Source: Acidobacteriota bacterium
GTDB taxonomy: Bacteria; Acidobacteriota; Thermoanaerobaculia; Gp7-AA8
NCBI GenBank assembly: GCA_019244185.1
Contig: JAFATB010000025.1
Location: forward strand, 128,001 to 192,000
DNA: 64,000 bases
Direction of reading: 5' to 3'
A program made the position numbers and the translations under genes. The notes under the pieces were generated by a model. That model saw only the letters and a list, made by a program, of their open reading frames with translations, had not been told where the DNA came from and searched no databases. Shown one piece after another: positions 58,847 through 64,000 of this stretch (position 1 is the stretch's first letter; each line of letters opens with the position of its first letter).

Positions 58847-59031
58847 TACGAGCCTTTGCTGAAGCAGTTCGTGACGCTCTGGCAGCCGATGCCGCTGGGG
58901 CCGGTCGAGGAGGTCGACTTGCAGAAGCCGAGGACGGCTTCCTCGGGGCGCAGCGGAAAGCGGGTCACTACCGGCTTCTCGTACGGCTTTTTGTCGTCGC
59001 GGGTTCCGGGTTGCCTTGGCTTGGTCATCAT
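58846..59031 (-). CDS. Putative RiPP precursor peptide (60-61 aa)
   Basis: AAGAGGGG SD; leader with KKPYEKPVV (YxxP RRE-type motif) and LRPEEAVL; C-terminal GFCKSTSSTGPSGIGCQSVTNCFSKGS. Confidence 0.85.
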   Translation of the reverse strand: MMTKPRQPGTRDDKKPYEKPVVTRFPLRPEEAVLGFCKSTSSTGPSGIGCQSVTNCFSKGS

Positions 59032-59047
59032 TCCCCTCTTCGAACTG

Positions 59048-60310
59048 CTATCGAGCGTGACAGCTGCCGCACGAGCCGCTGCCGCATGCGGATGCGGCTG
59101 CCACGGCTGCCGGCGTCGCGGCGATCGTCGCCGCCACGTCACGTCCACCAGAGTGTACTCGTTCCACGAGATCCATGAGCTCGCCGCGGTGCGAGCCGTC
59201 GGGGCAGTACTCGCAATCGCCGTGCTCGGGCACTGCCACCTCGAACACTTCCGCGCGCAGATGCGCGGTGCGGCAGAGGAAGTCGACCGGCGCCTCGGGA
59301 TCGCCCGTTTCGAGCTCCGCGTTCGCCGCGCACGAGCCGCAGAGCGACTTGAGCGCGCAGCGCGTGCACTTCGTCACGCGCGTCGTCGGACGCTTGCGGA
59401 CGTTCTGCAGAAAGTGCTCCCACCCTTCGCGCACCGAGCCGTCGCGCACGTTGTACTTGTCGACGTGCGACAGCACGCAGATGGTCATGTCGCCGTACGG
59501 ATCGATGGCGAACGAGTTCACGCCGCCGCCGCATTCGTACAGCATGCGCGTCTCGCCTTCGGCCGGCAGCGGCGGCGCGCATTCGACCGCGAGGCGCCGC
59601 CATTCGGAGATGCGCTCCGGATCGTCGAGATCGAGCGCGACGACGTCCGCGGGCGAGAGCCGCACCGCGAGCGGGCTCGACGAGCAGTCGATGCGCGGAT
59701 TGATCATCGGGTCGAACTTGAACTCGACGCCGAGCTCCTCGGCGAAGCGCTTCATCGACGGGATCTCGTGCTTGTTGATCGTCAGCGCGACCGTCTTCAG
59801 TTTCAGCGGCAGCTTGCGATCGAGCAGCAGATGAATGCCGCGGATGCACTTCTCGAACGAGCCGGGGATGCCGGTCAGCGACTCGTAGGTCGCTTTCGTG
59901 CGGCCGTAGAGCGTGATCTCGATGTCGAACGGCGGATGCTCGACGAGGAAGTCGGCGATGCGTTCCGTGATCAGCGTGCCGTTCGTGAACAGCGTGATCA
60001 GGAAGCCTTTGTCTTTCGCGTAGCGGTAGATCTCGAGGAAATCCGCGCGCGCGAAAATCTCGCCGCCGCTGAAGAGCAGCCAGAGGCAGCCGAGCTCGAA
60101 GAGCTCGTCGAGGACGCGCTTGTGCTCTTCCGTCGACAGCTCGCGGCGCCGCGCGGCGCCGTCGTTCATCGGCAGGTTGTTGTAGCAGTGCGCGCATTCG
60201 AGCGGGCAGCGGTTCGTGATCTCGATCGTGCCGCTCACCGGAAGGCGCAGCGGATTCACTTCCTCGAAGACGATGCGGCTGAAGTCGGTGTAAGCCTGGG
60301 TCTCGATCAT
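59048..60310 (-). CDS. Radical SAM/SPASM domain peptide maturase
   Basis: CPLECAHC (CxxxCxxC), FSGGE, FTNGT, SPASM CGGG...C...CTRCALKSLCGSC...C; extra Cys-rich tail. Confidence 0.95.
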   Translation of the reverse strand: MIETQAYTDFSRIVFEEVNPLRLPVSGTIEITNRCPLECAHCYNNLPMNDGAARRRELSTEEHKRVLDELFELGCLWLLFSGGEIFARADFLEIYRYAKDKGFLITLFTNGTLITERIADFLVEHPPFDIEITLYGRTKATYESLTGIPGSFEKCIRGIHLLLDRKLPLKLKTVALTINKHEIPSMKRFAEELGVEFKFDPMINPRIDCSSSPLAVRLSPADVVALDLDDPERISEWRRLAVECAPPLPAEGETRMLYECGGGVNSFAIDPYGDMTICVLSHVDKYNVRDGSVREGWEHFLQNVRKRPTTRVTKCTRCALKSLCGSCAANAELETGDPEAPVDFLCRTAHLRAEVFEVAVPEHGDCEYCPDGSHRGELMDLVERVHSGGRDVAATIAATPAAVAAASACGSGSCGSCHAR

Positions 60311-60624
60311 CGCGACGTCACCACCTCGGATACCAGCGACACTGCTGCCAAGTCCGTCAGCGTCTGTACGACGTCGGCGGATGCGGTCGCTTCATCGACG
60401 TCGTATTCGCCGCAGAGCTCGGCCGCGATCGCATCGACGGAACGCGTGCCGTCGGCCAGTTCCCAGATGCGCGCGGCGACGGGCGAGAGCGTGTAGACGA
60501 AGTCGAGGTTGCCGACGTTGTTCCGCACCGGCACGAGGATCGACTCGGCGCCCACCTTCCGGCAGACCACGTCCGCCGTGCGCCGAAATACATAAGTCCC
60601 ATCGATCTCAATCGTTTCCGGCAT
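60307..60624 (-). CDS. PqqD family RiPP recognition element (stand-alone RRE)
   Basis: RKVGAESILVP...YTLSPVAARIWELADG.RSV..I...LCGEYDV.......DV; GAGGG SD; ATGA-coupled to the radical SAM gene. Confidence 0.93.
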   Translation of the reverse strand: MPETIEIDGTYVFRRTADVVCRKVGAESILVPVRNNVGNLDFVYTLSPVAARIWELADGTRSVDAIAAELCGEYDVDEATASADVVQTLTDLAAVSLVSEVVTSR

Positions 60625-60664
60625 GTCCCTCGACCCGGTTTGCATGATGCCACAGCGCGCGTGA

Positions 60665-61261
60665 TTATGGCGTGCGCGAATTCGTCAGCGCGTCGATCTT
60701 CGCGGCCAGCACGAAGTCGCTGCGCGTGAGCCCGTCGATCTTGTGCGTCCACGTCGTGACGCGCACTTTGCCCCACGCGAGAAGAATATCGGGGTGATGT
60801 CCCTCGTCCTCCGCAACGGCGCCGACGCGGTTCGTGAACGCGAGCGCCTGCGCGAAATCGGGGAAGCGGAACTCCTTCTCGAGATGATGTCCGTCGACGA
60901 CCTTCCAGTCGCCGCCGAGCTCGCGCGTCAGCGATGCGAGCTCTTCGCCGGCGAGCGGCGGGACGCCGCCGCGGCAGGGAACGCACTTTTCGGAAGCCAG
61001 CGTGTTCATCGGATGTCCTTCCCTCTCTCCGTCGACATAGGCGCGGAATCGTTCCGGATCGACGGCGTGCCGGAAAACGTCGCGGCCGTCGATGCGGATC
61101 ACCGGAACGTCGTCGGTGTAGCGCAGGCGGAGCTCCGGATCGCCGTCGATATCGACTTCGGCAATGCGCACCGCGACGCCCGAGGCGCGGATTGCGGCTT
61201 TCGCCTTTTCGCACAGCGAGCAGCCGGCGCGTGTGAACAGCGTCACGTCGACGCGTTTCAT
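60665..61261 (-). CDS. Glutaredoxin-like (DUF836) domain in frame with pterin-4-alpha-carbinolamine dehydratase
   Basis: FTRAGCSLC...DVPV; then CVPC...FPDFAQALAF...EGHHPD...WTH...DF. Confidence 0.88.
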   Translation of the reverse strand: MKRVDVTLFTRAGCSLCEKAKAAIRASGVAVRIAEVDIDGDPELRLRYTDDVPVIRIDGRDVFRHAVDPERFRAYVDGEREGHPMNTLASEKCVPCRGGVPPLAGEELASLTRELGGDWKVVDGHHLEKEFRFPDFAQALAFTNRVGAVAEDEGHHPDILLAWGKVRVTTWTHKIDGLTRSDFVLAAKIDALTNSRTP

Positions 61262-61305
61262 CGGCTGCTACGATACCGCTTTCCCCGATTGAGAAAGGAG
61301 CCGGT

Positions 61306-62145
61306 ATGTTCTCTCCCAGGCTCGTCTTCCCGCTTCTCCTCGGCATCGCCGCATCCGCGTTGGCGGCCGACCACGCCAGCGGCACGTACACCGTCAACGG
61401 CAAGACGGTGACGCTCGACCACGTCTACGCCGTCCCCCGCGAGAATCCGTTCGACAAGACAAAGACCGACACGCTGGTGATCCTCACCGACCGGGCGCTC
61501 ACCGCGGACGCGCTGCGCGACGACTTTGGTCTCATGGAGATCAAAGGCCTCAACGCCGTCGCGGTGCAGATCACCGGCGACAAAGAGATCGTCAGCGGCA
61601 TGCTCTACAGCGGCGCGTTCTCGAAGATGAGCAACATCTCCGCGACCGGCATGCACAAGCTGACGACGACCGTCTTCACGCCGTCGCACATCGCCGGCAG
61701 TTTGTCGGCGGATCCGAGTGACTTCTTCGACGAGCACTACGCGTACAAGGCCGACTTTGACGTCACCGTCGCGGCGCCGGCCGCGCTCGTCGTGCCACCG
61801 CCGAAAGGCACGCCGCTCGCGGCGGGCGGCGGCGAGCCCGGCAAAGCGTACGACGCGTACCGCAAAGTGCTCGCGTCGGGCGACCTCGCCGCGCTGCGCA
61901 AGGCGGTGAGCGCCGAGCGCGCGAAGGCGATGGACGATCCCGATTTCCTCAAGATGCTGCCGATGATCCAGGCGATGGAGCCGAAGAACGTGAAGATCAC
62001 GAGCGGCGCGGTCGACGGCGACCACGCGACGCTGCTCGTCACGGCCAGGGACGAGCACGAGACCTCGACCGGCACGGTGACGATGGTCCGCGAGCACGGC
62101 GTCTGGCGCGTCGCGGACGAGAGCTGGAAAGGCAGCATGAACTGA
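61306..62145 (+). CDS. Secreted hypothetical protein
   Basis: AAAGGAG SD; signal peptide; NTF2-like C-terminus (MVREHGVWRV). Confidence 0.8.
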   Translation: MFSPRLVFPLLLGIAASALAADHASGTYTVNGKTVTLDHVYAVPRENPFDKTKTDTLVILTDRALTADALRDDFGLMEIKGLNAVAVQITGDKEIVSGMLYSGAFSKMSNISATGMHKLTTTVFTPSHIAGSLSADPSDFFDEHYAYKADFDVTVAAPAALVVPPPKGTPLAAGGGEPGKAYDAYRKVLASGDLAALRKAVSAERAKAMDDPDFLKMLPMIQAMEPKNVKITSGAVDGDHATLLVTARDEHETSTGTVTMVREHGVWRVADESWKGSMN

Positions 62146-62242
62146 CTCCGCCCAATCCCGCCGCGGGAGCTAGGAAAGCGCGCCGAAAACGCCGGGCGGA
62201 CGCCGCCGTGGCAAACGGTTTGCTTTCCTCCCGCGGCGGAGG

Positions 62243-62638
62243 TTGTTGGTGTCGGAGCGGCTCAAAGGCAGGATTCTCGTCGTCGATGATGACGACGCCA
62301 TTCGCACGATGGTCGAGCGGGTGTTGCGGCGCGAAAAGTACGATGTCGACAGCGCGCGCGACGGTTTCGAGGCGATCGAAAAGCTCAGCCATCAGGACTA
62401 CGGCACGATCCTTCTCGATCTGATGATGCCTCGCGTCGACGGCCACGGCGTTCTGCGGTTCCTCGAGACCAGCACCCCCACGCCGCCGCGCGTCATCATC
62501 ATGACCGCGAACATGCAGCAGGCCGGCGACTCCGCCAAAGCGAAGCCGGTCTTCCGCATCCTCTCCAAGCCGTTCGACATCCGCCAGCTCGTCTCGCACG
62601 TCGCGGAGTGTCATTCGCTGACGACCGAGACGACCTAG
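62243..62638 (+). CDS. Single-domain response regulator (receiver)
   Basis: ILVVDDD, LLDLMMP, IIMTA, LSKPF; GGAGG SD before TTG. Confidence 0.93.
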   Translation: MLVSERLKGRILVVDDDDAIRTMVERVLRREKYDVDSARDGFEAIEKLSHQDYGTILLDLMMPRVDGHGVLRFLETSTPTPPRVIIMTANMQQAGDSAKAKPVFRILSKPFDIRQLVSHVAECHSLTTETT

Positions 62639-62686
62639 CGTTTCGGAACGCGCGTTCCGGCCCGTCGTTTGCTCTGGTGGAGTGCG

Positions 62687-62878
62687 ATGTCTTCTCTCAC
62701 TACACTCGTCGTCGTTCTCATCGCGATTGCCGTGGCGCTGGCGATCGGTCTCGCCCTCGCCTACGTTCCGATGCGCCTGCTCGTCGGCCAGATGGCGCGC
62801 AACATCACGCAGTTCATCCAGCGGCAGCGCGAGCGCCGCGCCGTGCAGCGCGGCACGCCCGACCGGCGCCGGACGTAA
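62687..62878 (+). CDS. Small membrane protein
   Basis: GGAG SD; one TM segment and a basic tail (QRERR...PDRR). Confidence 0.65.
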   Translation: MSSLTTLVVVLIAIAVALAIGLALAYVPMRLLVGQMARNITQFIQRQRERRAVQRGTPDRRRT

Positions 62879-62894
62879 CGGTCGTGGTGGGGTT

Positions 62895-63497
62895 CTAGAG
62901 CGACTTCTCGATCGCCTGGCGCAGCTCGTCGTCGTTCGGCTCGATCGCGCCGTACTTTTTCCAGATCACGCGTCCGCTGCGATCGACGATCGCGGAGGTC
63001 GGCAGCACCGACGTCTGGAAGAGTCCGGCGATCCGTCCTTCCGCATCGATGGCCACGGGATAGGTCATCTTGTTCTGCGCGACGAACTGCTTGACCGAGT
63101 CGGGAGCGCCTTCGTCGACGCTGATGCCCACCACTTCGAAGCCGCGCGCGCCGTACTTCGACTGCAGCGTCTGCAACTCCGGGATCTCGTAGCGGCACGG
63201 GCCGCACCACGTCGCCCAGATGTTGAGCAGCACGACCTTGTCGCGATGCGACGTGAGCTCGAACTTCGAGCCGTCGAGCGACGTGGCCGCGTACTCCGGC
63301 ATCGTGCTGCCGACGTCGAGCGCCGCGGGCTCGGCCGCGGCCGCGCCACGACTCGCCGGCTCGGCGCCGGTGCTCGTCGTCGCGGCGGACGAGGTCGTCG
63401 CGGCCGCGGGCGCCGTCGTCGACGCGGCTTTCTCTCCGCGCTTGCACGCGGCGAGCAGCACGACGGCGGCGAGCGAGACGCTGACGAGTTTTCTCAA
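62895..63497 (-). CDS. TlpA/ResA-type thiol-disulfide oxidoreductase lipoprotein
   Basis: Lipobox LLAAC; NIWATWCGPC; LPTS. Confidence 0.93.
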   Translation of the reverse strand: MRKLVSVSLAAVVLLAACKRGEKAASTTAPAAATTSSAATTSTGAEPASRGAAAAEPAALDVGSTMPEYAATSLDGSKFELTSHRDKVVLLNIWATWCGPCRYEIPELQTLQSKYGARGFEVVGISVDEGAPDSVKQFVAQNKMTYPVAIDAEGRIAGLFQTSVLPTSAIVDRSGRVIWKKYGAIEPNDDELRQAIEKSL

Positions 63498-63513
63498 ATG
63501 ATGCGGACGAGGA

Positions 63514-64000
63514 CTACTTCTTCTCCTCGTCCGGCTTCCCCTTCTTGATCACTTCCGGCTCGGCCGTTCCGGCCGCGCCTTCCGCCGTCGCATCCGTCAC
63601 CTCGGCACGCGCATGCGTGACGCCGACGACGACGCGCTCGGGATCATCGAGCACCTTTACGCCCTCGGGCAGCTTGAGGTCCTTGATGCGGAAGTAGTCG
63701 TGGCTGCCGAGCGGCGCGACGTCCACTTCGATCGAATCGGGGATCGCATTCGGGAGGCACTCGACGTGGAGCTCGCGCACCTGAAAGTCGAGCAGGCCGC
63801 CTTCCTTCACGCCCGCCGCGGTGCCGCTCACGTGCACCGGCACGGTCACGCGCACCACCTCGTCCATCACCACGCGGACGAAGTCGATGTGCGTCATCTT
63901 GCGGGAGATCGGATCGATGGTGAGATCCTTGATCATCGCGTGGCGCTGCTGATCGCTGCCCGCCATCTTCAGCAGGAACACCGAGCGGATGCCGTGCTCG
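63514..64000 (-). CDS. rplY: 50S ribosomal protein L25/Ctc, 5'-truncated by the window edge
   Basis: HIDF...VPVH..G...GVKEGG...CLPNAIP...EPEVIKKGK. Confidence 0.95.
   Translation of the reverse strand, partial: EHGIRSVFLLKMAGSDQQRHAMIKDLTIDPISRKMTHIDFVRVVMDEVVRVTVPVHVSGTAAGVKEGGLLDFQVRELHVECLPNAIPDSIEVDVAPLGSHDYFRIKDLKLPEGVKVLDDPERVVVGVTHARAEVTDATAEGAAGTAEPEVIKKGKPDEEKK

Noticed and set aside
57558-60645. PQQ biosynthesis or lasso peptide cluster
   Set aside because: No PqqB/PqqC and no ExxxY precursor; no lasso cyclase or B2 protease, and no acidic residue in the core.

Overview
High-GC bacterial chromosomal window; gene content and style suggest Acidobacteriota, possibly Thermoanaerobaculia-like (inference). 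I found no rRNA, tRNA, CRISPR array or transposase. Left third (1-28.9 kb): envelope and secreted proteins, namely a BlaR1/M56 sensor with a partner sharing its repeat, a VIT-vWA-TPR-DUF2135 protein, a 4617-aa surface protein and a 1471-aa metallopeptidase that share a ~500-aa C-terminal module, and two secreted proteins ending RRxSVRH. Middle: housekeeping genes (zwf-opcA-pgl, FadI-type thiolase, Mo-oxidoreductase, zapA-6S RNA-rny-ymdB). An imuA-imuB-dnaE2 mutasome cassette follows, interrupted twice: by a chain of translationally coupled mini-ORFs made from duplications of the imuA/imuB junction, and by a four-helix-bundle gene inside long heptamer-based inverted repeats. The best candidate for an undescribed system is a compact five-gene RiPP operon at 57.6-60.6 kb (- strand): PqqD/RRE, radical SAM/SPASM enzyme, Cys/Ser/Thr-rich ~60-aa precursor, HprK-like kinase and S24/S26 peptidase. 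All calls come from reading motifs by eye; no database searches were run.
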